This document shows, one piece after another, positions 9,944-20,223 of a DNA stretch of 64,000 nucleotides. The DNA comes from Spirochaetales bacterium (GTDB lineage: Bacteria > Spirochaetota > Spirochaetia > SZUA-6 > DRHE01): NCBI GenBank assembly GCA_030615505.1, contig JAUWZD010000009.1, positions 1,563 through 65,562 on the forward strand, written 5' to 3'. Made by a program: the position numbers and the translations under genes. The number at the start of each line of letters is the position of its first letter. Positions within the stretch are counted from its first letter, which is position 1. The notes beneath the pieces are model-generated. The model did no database searches. It worked only from the letters and a program-made list of their open reading frames with translations, and was not told where the DNA came from.

Positions 9944-11779
9944 ATGTATGCGGTTACAGGCAAAATACTCACTGTAAATCTGAAGACTAAAGGACTTCAG
10001 GCTGAAGATATCCCGGAGCGGATGTACTTAGAGTATCTGGGCGGATACGGCTTGGGCGCAGCCCTGCTTATGCTTAGAGCGAGGATGGACCCTGCCGCCG
10101 ATCCACTGGGCCCGGGAAATATCTTAGGGTTTGCAGCCGGGTATCTTACCGGAACAGGCGCATACATTGCCTCCCGTTTCATGGTATTTGGAAAATCCCC
10201 ATCCACTCAAGGATGGGGAGATTCCAACTGCGGAGGTTTCTTCGGTAAGAAGATGAAGCAGGCCGGCTTTGATGTAATCCTGTTTACAGGAACCTCTACG
10301 GAGCCGGTTTATCTGCTTGTGGATCAGGGATCCCCCCAAATCCAAAAAGCTGACTGGCTCTGGGGAAAAGACTGTTATGAAACCGAAGACCTCCTGAAAG
10401 AAAAGCACGGTAAGGACTGCGAGGTGGCCTGTATCGGCCCTGCGGGGGAGAAGCTTTCCGCCGTAGCCGGTATCTCCACAGATAAGGGCAGGTTTGCAGC
10501 CCGCTCCGCCCTTGGTGCGGTAATGGGATCCAAGCGGGTTAAGGCGGTGGTCTTGAAGGGCGATAATTCGATAGACTTAGCAGACCCGGAGCGAATGAAA
10601 GAATTGAGAAAGGAGCACCTGCAGGTCTTTAAAGTGGACCTGGGGAAAGACCTTTCTACTTACGGTACCCCCGTATTTTATAAGGATTACCTGGATTCTG
10701 GAGACACCCCGGTAAAAAACTGGTCCTCCTCTATAGAGGAGCTGAGCGGCAAGCATATGGATGCCGAGCAGGTTTTAAAATACCAGCAAAAACGCTACGC
10801 GTGCAGTGGCTGTCCTATCGGATGCGGGGGTCACGTAAAGGTGGAGAAAGGCGCGTTTAAAACCGAAACCACGCTCCATAAGGTGGAATATGAGACTATG
10901 GGTATGTTCGGTTCCAATCTATTGAATGAGAATGTTGAAGCCCTGATAAAAATCAATGATCTCTGCAACCGCTACGGCATGGATACGATAGGCTGCGGGG
11001 CGCTCTGCGCCTTTGCAATCGAATGCTATGAAAAGGGCTTAATCGATAAGGAGCAAACCGGGGGTTTAGAGCTTGCCTGGGGTCATGCCGAAGTAATTGT
11101 CTCACTGGTGGAGAAGATCGGAAAGTCAGAGGGAATAGGCGCTGTGCTGTCCGGGGGCTTTGAAGAGGCTATCAGGCATTTTGGACCGGAGAGCATGCAG
11201 TACGCCATGGCTGTAAGAAATGAAGCCCTTCCGGCCCATGATCCCCGCTGGTCCTCCGGTCTGGCTCTAACCTACTATGCAGATCCCACACCGGCCCGCC
11301 ATACCCAGGGCTCCACCACCTTTCCTTTAGCCGGTTATGAAATGCCGGAGATTCCCGCTGCCCGGGCATCCGGAAGGGCTAAATACCACAACGACAATGT
11401 TAACCTGACCCACGTTTTAAACTCTGCCGGTTTGTGTTTGTTCGGCTATTTTATCCTGGATTATAAAACCCTGCCCGAGTTTCTTAAGGCAGCGGACGGC
11501 AGAAGTTGGGATTTGAAGGAGCTTGAGAAAATAGGCCTGAGAATCACTGTTTTGCGATACCTCTTTAATTTCCGGGCCGGGATAAGGCTGAACCAGTACA
11601 CCTTCCCTGAACGGGCGTTAGGAATGCCGCCTCTCACTTCCGGTGCTACCAAGGGAGTGCAGGTCGATTTAGATACCATGCTGAAAGAGTACCTTGAAGA
11701 GATGCACTGGGATCCGGATACAGGACTGCCTTCAGAGAGAGTGCTTGAGGAGATGAACCTTGCACAATATTTAACTTGA
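9944..11779 (+). CDS. aor: aldehyde:ferredoxin oxidoreductase (W/Mo bis-pterin family)
   Basis: YLGG.GL, KSP, CIGPAGE, GAVMGSKRVKA, CSGCPIGC, EYET, GMDTI, HDPR. Confidence 0.93.
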   Translation: MYAVTGKILTVNLKTKGLQAEDIPERMYLEYLGGYGLGAALLMLRARMDPAADPLGPGNILGFAAGYLTGTGAYIASRFMVFGKSPSTQGWGDSNCGGFFGKKMKQAGFDVILFTGTSTEPVYLLVDQGSPQIQKADWLWGKDCYETEDLLKEKHGKDCEVACIGPAGEKLSAVAGISTDKGRFAARSALGAVMGSKRVKAVVLKGDNSIDLADPERMKELRKEHLQVFKVDLGKDLSTYGTPVFYKDYLDSGDTPVKNWSSSIEELSGKHMDAEQVLKYQQKRYACSGCPIGCGGHVKVEKGAFKTETTLHKVEYETMGMFGSNLLNENVEALIKINDLCNRYGMDTIGCGALCAFAIECYEKGLIDKEQTGGLELAWGHAEVIVSLVEKIGKSEGIGAVLSGGFEEAIRHFGPESMQYAMAVRNEALPAHDPRWSSGLALTYYADPTPARHTQGSTTFPLAGYEMPEIPAARASGRAKYHNDNVNLTHVLNSAGLCLFGYFILDYKTLPEFLKAADGRSWDLKELEKIGLRITVLRYLFNFRAGIRLNQYTFPERALGMPPLTSGATKGVQVDLDTMLKEYLEEMHWDPDTGLPSERVLEEMNLAQYLT

Positions 11780-12222
11780 TGCAGAGTGAAGAAATCTGTT
11801 ATTTAAGGTCCGACATCCATATTCTCCTTAATTTACAAGAGTTTGATAATAATTTATATCTTTTTCAGTAATATTTATTCTATAATAGTGCGAATTTAAA
11901 ATTTGACATAGCGATATGCTAGTGATAGGCTGATATAGAAATTATTTTTAAATGTCGAGGTAAGTATTTATTATGGAGGAAGGAAAAGGAAATCACAAGA
12001 AAATTTTAATCTCACATTCCGCACCTTTTGAGTAAAAATTCAAGTATCTTCTCATCCGCCATTTAATGCTTTTTAGACGTTTCTCGATACTTTTTTATTC
12101 TATTTTGAACAATTTTATCAGCCAATTCCGATAAGATTTTCATTTTTTTTCTTAACAACCTGGAATTTTCTATATAGACATAAGCCTCATCTAACATTTC
12201 CTTAGGTACCAGAATAGCCTTA

Positions 12223-13372
12223 GAGGCTGTAAAAAAACAACTTCCCCTATTTAAAAATATTTGCTATCCTGTATAAAGTAGTTGTGTTATCGCTTGATGA
12301 CACAACATGAATATTCACATTCACTGGGAGGGGAGAGTGGATAGTAAGCTGGAAGTGCATAAATGTCAGTGTCCGATTTGTCGGCAGGAAGCCTACCATC
12401 CTGACAAAGAATTGCATCATCGAATTAATCTGTTCCTCAGTCGTTTAGATGAGCAACAACGCAGATGGTATATTGCTCTTGAGAGCAAGCGAATTGGTCA
12501 CGGTGGGGATCGCTTATTGTTGCAGATCACAGGTATGGACGAAAAAACTATCAGACGCGGGCGACAGGAGCTGGAAAGAGAGCTTGAAGACCGGCCGGTT
12601 GACAAAATACGTCTACCAGGGGGTGGCAGACCACCCATAGAAAAAAAAAGAAGAGGGAATCGAAGAAGCACTTGAACAAATAGTGTTGCCTGAGACGGCG
12701 GGTGATCCCATGAGCAGCCTGAAGTGAGTGAGAAGCAGCCTGCGGGAATTGGCTTATCGTTTAGAGCAGGTTGGTTATGGTATCAGTCCACCCACGGTAA
12801 GCAGACTCTTAAGGAAAAATGACTACTCGTTGAGGGGAAATGTTAAGAAAATCGAAGGCAGTAATCATCCTGAGCGAAACAAGCAATTTGAATACATTGA
12901 GGAGCAAAAAGCGCTCTTTTCTGCTTTAGGACTGCCCATAATCAGCGTTGATGGCAAAAAGAAGGAGCTGATTGGTAATTTCAAGAACGTAGGCCTTAGT
13001 TGGTGCAAAGAGCCGGATTAGCAGTAACGGTTTGTCACTATCCTACCGGTTGCTCAAAGTGGAATCCCATCGAACATCGTATGTTTAGCTTTATCAGTGG
13101 AAATTGGTCCGGTAAACCTTTGAGAAGTTTTGAAATAATGTTGTCCTGTATTCGGGGCACCTCTACCAAAACCGGATTACAGATTGAAGCTTTTATGGTT
13201 GAGGATGATTATAAGAAAGGGAAAAAGGTTACAGACGAAGAAATGGAAAAGCTTAATATGCAGCGTCATTCAGTTTGTCCTCTCTGTAATTACTCTTTCA
13301 AGCCTCGAAGAAATGATAATCCATATCTGAAAGAAATATGACATAACCGGGAAGTTGTTTTTTTACAGCCCC
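12223..13372 (+). mobile_element. ISAzo13-family insertion sequence, internally deleted, with intact terminal inverted repeats
   Basis: Left IR gaggctgtaaaaaaacaacttccc; right end gggaagttgtttttttacagcccc; TA on both flanks. Confidence 0.88.
12307..13341 (+). pseudogene. ISAzo13 (Rhodopirellula-type DDE) transposase, disrupted
   Basis: LDEQQRR, GGGRP, A9 run, GDPMSSLK*, ISVDGKKKELIGNFKN, HYPTGCSKWNPIEHRMFS; nonsense codon, frameshifts and missing central DDE segment. Confidence 0.9.
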
Positions 13373-13481
13373 TAAGGTGTCTCAAGCTGTGAGCAGAGCA
13401 ACGGCAGCTATAGATTAAGATCATTATCTTAAAAAGCAGCTGACCTTGCGCAGGTTGAGAATTTCGCTTTAAGATATCACC

Positions 13482-14372
13482 ATGATTTCGGATGACAGAC
13501 TGAATTATAAAATACTTCCCTTCACAGAAGATGATATCCCTGAGGCAATGGACCTTAAGAATGCCTTAGGATGGAACCAGACTGTTGCAGACTGGAAGAG
13601 GTTTCTCTATCTGGCAGGGGAAGGCAGCTTTAAAGTGCTAATAGAGTACAGGCTTGCAGCCACATGCTTCGTATTCATCCGAGATCATATTGCCTGGCTG
13701 GCTATGTTGATCGTAAAAGAGGAATATAAGAGAAGGGGAATAGGCAGGGCCTTAATGGAGAAAAGCCTTACATACTGTAAGGAGAGGGGAATCAAACTTA
13801 TAAAGCTGGACGGGACCCAAGAGGGCTACCCCTTTTATAAGAGGTTCGGATTCCTCGATGAGGGTGCAGTAGGGATGTTTAAAGGGAAAATCGGCAGCTT
13901 AGATTATGTCCGGTCTCTTGCCTCCGGCTTAAAGCCGAAGCGGGTTGAAATGACGAATCTTGAGGGAATTATTTCCATTGATACTGAAGCCTTCGGTGTC
14001 GGCAGGGCCGCCCTCATAGAGAGGCTCTTCGTAGATTATCCGGAAAGCGGCTTTATCTCCGGCGTGAAAGCGATAAGCGGGTATATCCTGTTCAAGCCGG
14101 GCCATCACTCCTATCAGATAGGCCCTCTCATTGCATCAAGCCGGATGGAAGCTGAGGCCCTTCTTGATGCAGCGATTGAAAGGATCGGAATAGAGAATAG
14201 AAAGGCCGACATCTGCATCTATTCACTTCTGAATTACCCGGACGCAGCCCGGCTTTTTAAACGGAAAGGCTTTGCATGTGTGCGCAGGTTGATACGAATG
14301 TATAAAGGTGAAAATGTCTTGCAAGGAAGGGAGAATATGTTATATATTCTAAGTGGGCCCGAAAAGGGCTGA
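13482..14372 (+). CDS. GNAT acetyltransferase (two-domain, YitH-like)
   Basis: GWNQT, V..EYKRRGIGRALM, GYPFYKRFGF, IGPLIA. Confidence 0.85.
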   Translation: MISDDRLNYKILPFTEDDIPEAMDLKNALGWNQTVADWKRFLYLAGEGSFKVLIEYRLAATCFVFIRDHIAWLAMLIVKEEYKRRGIGRALMEKSLTYCKERGIKLIKLDGTQEGYPFYKRFGFLDEGAVGMFKGKIGSLDYVRSLASGLKPKRVEMTNLEGIISIDTEAFGVGRAALIERLFVDYPESGFISGVKAISGYILFKPGHHSYQIGPLIASSRMEAEALLDAAIERIGIENRKADICIYSLLNYPDAARLFKRKGFACVRRLIRMYKGENVLQGRENMLYILSGPEKG

Positions 14373-14400
14373 TTTAATATTATTTCAAAGGAGGACTAAA

Positions 14401-15594
14401 ATGTACAAAAGAATCTTTTTGGTACTTCTTTCTCTGGCGCTGATCCTCGGATTTTCAAGCGCTCTCTTTGCCGCTGCTCAGCAGGAGGAAGCCGGTCCCA
14501 TAAAAATCGGAATGTATGCGGATTTAAGCGCCGGAACTGCACAGTGGGGAACCGATTCAGAGAAGGGAGCTAAGCTCAGGGTCAAGGAGATTAATGAAAA
14601 AGGCGGAATTATGGGAAGAAAAGTGGAGTTGATTATTTACGACTGTAAACTCAGCCCCACAGAAGCGGTCAAGGCCTATACACGGCTGGCCCAGCTGGAC
14701 AAGGTTGCCGCTGTATATGGATCCTTAATCTCAAACACAGGATTGGCTGTTTCTCCTGTAGCCGAACAGCTTAAAGTCCCGGTGGTGGCACGAGCCATGG
14801 ACGAAAGAGTAACCACACCGAAATTCAATCCTGAGGATCCTGAAAATCCAGGCCCTGCAAACCCATATTTCTTCCTTCTCCAGCCCTCAGCCTTTCAGCA
14901 GGCTGCCATGATTGGTGGATATGCGATTGATGAGTTGGGTCTCAACACCTTTGCCATGCTTTACTCACCAGCCAATGCCTATGCCCTCTACCTGGCAAAG
15001 GGCTTTGAGCACTATGTGAAAAAACGCGGTAAAACAATGGTCGGCGGCTTCGAGTTTCAGGCCGGAGATATGGACTACAAAGCCCAGCTAACCAAGATTA
15101 AACAGCTTAAGCCCGATGGACTCTTTATCTGCAACTATGTCACCCAGAACGCCAATGCCGTTAAACAAGCCAGGGAGCTAGGCCTTAAGACAACGTTCCT
15201 GGGTAATAATTCCTGGTATAAGCCCATGGATGATGTAGCCGGCTCGGCAGCAGATGGAGGCTATTTCCCTCATAATATTGCTGAAGATGATCCCTCATTA
15301 CAGTGGTATTTCAAGAAGTATGAAGCTGAATACGGCCAGGAGCCAAGGCTCCACTCATTCTCCGGCTGGGATGATGTGGGATTCATTCTGCAGGCCATAG
15401 AAAAGGCAAAATCCACCGACCCGGAGAAAGTAAAGGATGCCATGGAGGCTACCAGAAAGTTTGAAGGAACTATCGGGACCATCAATATCGATCCTAAAAC
15501 CCATAGGCCTGTAGGCCTTAAGATGTCCATTCTCTATTTCGAAGGGGCGAATATTAAAACTGCGGAGCTAAAATATTATCCAAAAGAACCGTAA
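14401..15594 (+). CDS. livK: branched-chain amino acid (HAAT) ABC transporter substrate-binding protein
   Basis: GGAGG RBS then ATG 14401; signal peptide; IKIG..LS, EINEKGGIMGRK, DYKAQLTKIK. Confidence 0.9.
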   Translation: MYKRIFLVLLSLALILGFSSALFAAAQQEEAGPIKIGMYADLSAGTAQWGTDSEKGAKLRVKEINEKGGIMGRKVELIIYDCKLSPTEAVKAYTRLAQLDKVAAVYGSLISNTGLAVSPVAEQLKVPVVARAMDERVTTPKFNPEDPENPGPANPYFFLLQPSAFQQAAMIGGYAIDELGLNTFAMLYSPANAYALYLAKGFEHYVKKRGKTMVGGFEFQAGDMDYKAQLTKIKQLKPDGLFICNYVTQNANAVKQARELGLKTTFLGNNSWYKPMDDVAGSAADGGYFPHNIAEDDPSLQWYFKKYEAEYGQEPRLHSFSGWDDVGFILQAIEKAKSTDPEKVKDAMEATRKFEGTIGTINIDPKTHRPVGLKMSILYFEGANIKTAELKYYPKEP

Positions 15595-15599
15595 GGTGC

Positions 15600-16484
15600 A
15601 TGAAGATTAATCTCATCCTCCAACAGCTATTGAATGGAATATCCCTGGGAGGAGTATATGCCCTTATGGCCGTGGGATTTGGACTTATATTCAATGTTCT
15701 TAAGTTTTCTAATTTTTCTCACGGCGGTGTTGTAGCCATCTGCGCCTATTTTGGTTACTTCATCTCACAGCATGTGTACCCGAACTTTATCGTCACCCTT
15801 ATTCTAACAGCAATTGTCGGCGGATTTATCGGCGTGATTATTGAAAAGCTGATTTTCAGACCGATTCGATTGAAAGGCGCGCCTCTCACCCTGTTCCTGG
15901 TAAATTCCATAACCGCAGCCATGCTGGTCCAGCAGTTCTTTGCCGTAATGTGGGGTGATAATTACTACCCCTATCCGGAGTTCATCAAAGAGACAGCAAT
16001 TCATATAGGTGAATTTACAGTATCAAAGATCTATCTTTTAATGCTTTCCATTTCAGCATTTGTGCTTCTCATTTTAAGCTATATCCTAAGGAAAACAAAG
16101 ATCGGAATCGCCATTCGCGCTGCCTCTTCTGACATTCGCACTCCCAGCTTAATGGGTATCAATATTGACTTTGTTATATCAACGGCCTTTTTCTTTGCCG
16201 GCATTCTCGGAGGCGTTACAGGGTACCTTTTAGGTATGGCCTTTACGGTCGATCCCTTTATCGGCAGCATGATATTAAAGGGCATTATTGCCGCCATCAT
16301 CGGCGGTATGGGCAGCCTCGGTGGGGGTGTTGTAGCCGGACTCCTGCTGGGCGTGGCGGAGAGCCTCCTCATTGCGGAAATAGGGGCCTCCCTCACACCG
16401 ATTGTGATCTATGCAAGCATTATCCTGCTGCTTCTTATTCGCCCGGAGGGAATTTCGGGAAAAGGCTATATTGTAAAAGCATAA
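15600..16484 (+). CDS. livH: HAAT ABC permease
   Basis: QQLLNGISLGGVYALMAVG, NFSHG, GIAIRA, IIGGMGS, RPEG. Confidence 0.93.
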   Translation: MKINLILQQLLNGISLGGVYALMAVGFGLIFNVLKFSNFSHGGVVAICAYFGYFISQHVYPNFIVTLILTAIVGGFIGVIIEKLIFRPIRLKGAPLTLFLVNSITAAMLVQQFFAVMWGDNYYPYPEFIKETAIHIGEFTVSKIYLLMLSISAFVLLILSYILRKTKIGIAIRAASSDIRTPSLMGINIDFVISTAFFFAGILGGVTGYLLGMAFTVDPFIGSMILKGIIAAIIGGMGSLGGGVVAGLLLGVAESLLIAEIGASLTPIVIYASIILLLLIRPEGISGKGYIVKA

Positions 16485-16511
16485 AACGGAAGAATCGATT
16501 CAGGGGTGTGA

Positions 16512-17357
16512 ATGTTCTACCTTAAGGTACTCGAGATAACGAGTCTCTATACAATCCTGGTACTGGGCGTCTATTTGATGACCGGCCTGACCGGACTTTT
16601 CTCCCTGGGTCAGGGGGGATTTGTCTCCATAGGCGCCTATACAGCAGCTATCGCTTTTATGAAGCTTAACCTTCCCTTTCCCGTGGCTTTGATGATGGCC
16701 GTTGTTATGGGAGCAGTTTTAGGCTTTCTTATAGGAATCCCCACCCTGCGTCTGCGCCGGGATTACTTTCTGCTCGTTACATTCTGTCTCGGAGAGATGG
16801 TGAGAGCGGCCCTGCTCTACCTGGCCCAGTTGACCGGAGGCGCCCTGGGCATGGCGGGTATGCCTAGAAAGGTAGGACTTCCGTTAATTCTGATCTCCAT
16901 TGTTTTCATCACCTTCATTCTCTACAGCCTGAAGCGCTCTCGATTCGGGAGAGACTGTATCGCTGTGCGGGATGATGAACTGGCGGCCTCTATGATGGGG
17001 ATCAATGTGTTCGCTCATAAGATGAAGGTGTTTATTATCAGTTCCGCCATTACTGCCTACGGCGGTGCGCTTTATGCCTTTAACATCCTGTTTATTGAGC
17101 CCAATCTGTTCAACTGGCTGGAATCCGGGAGGCTGATTATTATCACATTTGTGGGAGGCCTGAACAGCATCGCCGGAGTGATTATTACTTCTGCCATCTA
17201 TTACTCCTTCGGAGAGTTCTTCCGTTTTATAGATGTCTGGAGGGATGTCCTTCTTGCTCTTGTAGTGATTCTGGTTGTTATCTTTCGTCCCGGAGGGCTC
17301 TTCCAGGGCCTAGAGCTGCTTCCTCAAAAACTGCTGTCAAGAACTGAGCGGAAATAG
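16512..17357 (+). CDS. livM: HAAT ABC permease
   Basis: GLFSLGQGGF..IGAY, LRLRRDY, SRFGR...AVRDDELAA. Confidence 0.92.
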   Translation: MFYLKVLEITSLYTILVLGVYLMTGLTGLFSLGQGGFVSIGAYTAAIAFMKLNLPFPVALMMAVVMGAVLGFLIGIPTLRLRRDYFLLVTFCLGEMVRAALLYLAQLTGGALGMAGMPRKVGLPLILISIVFITFILYSLKRSRFGRDCIAVRDDELAASMMGINVFAHKMKVFIISSAITAYGGALYAFNILFIEPNLFNWLESGRLIIITFVGGLNSIAGVIITSAIYYSFGEFFRFIDVWRDVLLALVVILVVIFRPGGLFQGLELLPQKLLSRTERK

Positions 17358-17359
17358 CT

Positions 17360-18124
17360 GTGGATGTTCTAAGGATAGAAGGAGTCAGCAAGAATTTTGG
17401 CGGCGTGACGGCCCTGGTTGATTTTTTCATGGTACAGCATGAAAATGAAATCACAGGAATTATCGGGCCAAACGGGGCGGGAAAAACCACGGTCTTCAAC
17501 CTGATAAACGGTGTATATCCACTTGACAACGGCAGGATCTTTTTTATTAATCAGGATATAACTGAAAGTCCTGCCCACAAAAGGGCCGAAATGGGAATCT
17601 CCCGTACATTTCAGAATATCCGGCTATTCAAGAACCTTAATGTTCTGGACAATATGAAGGTTGCCTGCGGCTGGAAGGTTCGATACTCCCTTTGGGAGGA
17701 GATGATACGCCTGCCCCGACCACAAAGGGAAGAGAAGGAGATCGATGAGAAGGCCAGGTACTTTCTGGAATATCTCAATCTTACTCAATATGCGAATCAA
17801 AGACCGGATAATCTGCCCTATGGCATCCAGCGCAGACTGGAGCTGGCCCGTACCTTGATGGCAGAACCAAAACTATTACTCCTAGATGAACCGGCTGCTG
17901 GTCTTAATCCCAAAGAAGTGGTTTCCCTCATGGAAATGATCAAAAAGCTCCAGCAGGATTATAATCTCACCATTATCATCGTCGAGCACCATATGGAGTT
18001 GATCATGAAAATATGCTCCCTGATCCATGTGCTTGATTTCGGCAAGAAGATAGCCGTAGGCAAGCCGGAAGAGATAAAAAGGAATGAGTCGGTATTACAG
18101 GCCTATTTAGGGGATGGGGCGTAG
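17360..18124 (+). CDS. livG: HAAT ABC ATPase
   Basis: [28 protein letters not shown]. Confidence 0.94.
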   Translation: MDVLRIEGVSKNFGGVTALVDFFMVQHENEITGIIGPNGAGKTTVFNLINGVYPLDNGRIFFINQDITESPAHKRAEMGISRTFQNIRLFKNLNVLDNMKVACGWKVRYSLWEEMIRLPRPQREEKEIDEKARYFLEYLNLTQYANQRPDNLPYGIQRRLELARTLMAEPKLLLLDEPAAGLNPKEVVSLMEMIKKLQQDYNLTIIIVEHHMELIMKICSLIHVLDFGKKIAVGKPEEIKRNESVLQAYLGDGA

Positions 18125-18130
18125 GTAGAT

Positions 18131-18838
18131 ATGATTGAAGTTAAAGGCTTAAGTGTACACTATGGGGGAATCGTGGCCCTGGATAATATATCCCTGTCAA
18201 TTCCTGATGGGAAGATCGTCAGCATAGTGGGCGCAAATGGCGCAGGCAAATCAACCACCATAAACGCCATCAGCGGCATGGTAAAGATACATTCCGGCAC
18301 CATCACTGAGAATGGTGAGAGTTTGCTCATTCCGCCTCAGGATATTGTAAAGAGGGGCATAGTCCAGGTGCCTGAAGGAAGGAAAATTTTTCCAACTATA
18401 ACTGTTCAGGAGAATCTTATTCTGGGTGCATACGTCATTAAGGATAGGGAAAAGATCAAAAAGAATATGGAGAAGGTTTTTGATCTCTTTCCCATCCTGA
18501 AGGAACGAAAGAATCAGCCCGGGGGGACCCTGTCCGGGGGAGAACAGCAGATGCTTTCCTTAAGCAGGGCCCTGATGTCGGATCCACGCGTGCTGGTGCT
18601 CGACGAACCTTCCTTGGGGCTGGCTCCTATGTTTGTGCTGGAGATATTCAAGATGATCGAAGATTTAAACAGCATAGGGCATACCATTCTTTTAGTGGAG
18701 CAGAATGCCCAGAAGGCGCTTTCTATTGCGGATTACGCCTATGTGCTTGAGACCGGCAGGATTGTTTCTGAGGGCAGGGGCAAAGAAGTTGCGGATGATC
18801 CGATTGTTAAGAAGGCCTATTTGGGGATTGAGGAGTAA
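18131..18838 (+). CDS. livF: HAAT ABC ATPase
   Basis: GANGAGKST, VPEGR, LSGGEQQML, DEPSLGLAP, VEQNA. Confidence 0.94.
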   Translation: MIEVKGLSVHYGGIVALDNISLSIPDGKIVSIVGANGAGKSTTINAISGMVKIHSGTITENGESLLIPPQDIVKRGIVQVPEGRKIFPTITVQENLILGAYVIKDREKIKKNMEKVFDLFPILKERKNQPGGTLSGGEQQMLSLSRALMSDPRVLVLDEPSLGLAPMFVLEIFKMIEDLNSIGHTILLVEQNAQKALSIADYAYVLETGRIVSEGRGKEVADDPIVKKAYLGIEE

Positions 18839-18840
18839 GC

Positions 18841-20223
18841 ATGCTCAGTAAAGCCAAAATCGAGGCTATCGATCAGGCGGCCAAGGCTATGCTTGAGGAT
18901 CCCGGTATAATGGTCGAGGATGATGGGATAGTTGATCTCCTGCTTAAGAACGGTGCCCGGCCAGGAGCGCGGAATAGTGTCGTGCGGATCCCTGTGGAGA
19001 TGCTCGATGAATATATGGCCCTGGCTCCGGAAAAAATTACCTTTGCAGGCAGGGCCGGTAGAGAACAGCAGGTGACACCCGATTCAGAATCCCGTTTCTG
19101 GACCGGCGCCGCCCTCTTCTACCTGGACAGGCGGGGGCTTAGATTGGTTCATCAGAAGGATCTGGCTGACTTTACCCGGGTTATAGAAAAACTTAAAAAT
19201 GTGGATACCGTGGTGGGGACCAGTACGGAGGATACCCTTTCCCAATACAGGGATTTTGTGGGATTCAGAATCATAGCCCAGAACACTCACAAACATATCA
19301 GAGCCCTCTCCTTTACGCCCAGAGGAGGTGAGGCCATGGTCGAAATGGCAAAGGTCCTGGCCGGCAGCCGCAGCCTTAAAGAATATCCGCTCTTCAGCGT
19401 GGGTTTCACAGCTCATGGACCGCTGCGCTGGACAAACTTGGCCCTGGGGGTCTACAAGGCCACGGCAGGCTATGGGATTCCCTGTACAGTAAACGGCGAA
19501 CCCATGGCCGGCGCCTCTGCCCCGGTGACCCTCGCCGGGAATGCAGCGGTGGGCACTGCAGAGATCCTGGGAGGGATTGTGATAAATCAGCTTCTCGAAC
19601 CGGGCAGGCCCTGCCTTTTCAATCTGGGCTTTGCTCATGTGATGGATATGCGTACAGGATTCGCTGTGACTGGAGGACCGGAAAACTCGCTCATGGCAGT
19701 AACGGGCGCGCAGCTTGCCAGACGCTACCGCCTGCCCTCTGTGTCGTGGATGTGCACAGATTCACTTTATTACGATGCCCAGAATTCACTGGAGAAGATG
19801 CTGGGCGCTTTTACCCATGCTCAGGCCAGGGTGAGTACCGTCTGGGGTGTGGGACAGGTGGAATCGGAAAAAACCATTTCCCCGGTGCAGGCCGTCATTG
19901 ATGATGAAATCGTAGGACTGGTCAGGCGCTATCTTAAAGGCTTTCCGGTGGATGAGGAGAGCTTAGCCGTGGAGGAGGTGCGCAGGGTAGGCATCACAGG
20001 ATCCTTCCTCGACACGGAGCACACCTTCGCTCACTTCAGGGATTCTATTTATGAGCCAGAGCTGCTGGTACGGGAACAGAGAGCCAGCGCCGGTGAGAAA
20101 AACAGCACTTTAGCACGGTCAGAGGCCATGGTGGAGGATATCCTTTCCGCCCCCCCGGAACCGATGCTGGATGAGCAGGCTGAAAGGGAGTTGTTGCGAA
20201 TAGAAGAGAGGTATTCAGCTTAG
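18841..20223 (+). CDS. MttB-superfamily corrinoid methyltransferase, non-pyrrolysine
   Basis: PL, MAGASAPVTLAG, AEILGG, MDMRTG..GGPE, DAQ..EK, ISP.QAVIDDEI; no in-frame TAG. Confidence 0.88.
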   Translation: MLSKAKIEAIDQAAKAMLEDPGIMVEDDGIVDLLLKNGARPGARNSVVRIPVEMLDEYMALAPEKITFAGRAGREQQVTPDSESRFWTGAALFYLDRRGLRLVHQKDLADFTRVIEKLKNVDTVVGTSTEDTLSQYRDFVGFRIIAQNTHKHIRALSFTPRGGEAMVEMAKVLAGSRSLKEYPLFSVGFTAHGPLRWTNLALGVYKATAGYGIPCTVNGEPMAGASAPVTLAGNAAVGTAEILGGIVINQLLEPGRPCLFNLGFAHVMDMRTGFAVTGGPENSLMAVTGAQLARRYRLPSVSWMCTDSLYYDAQNSLEKMLGAFTHAQARVSTVWGVGQVESEKTISPVQAVIDDEIVGLVRRYLKGFPVDEESLAVEEVRRVGITGSFLDTEHTFAHFRDSIYEPELLVREQRASAGEKNSTLARSEAMVEDILSAPPEPMLDEQAERELLRIEERYSA

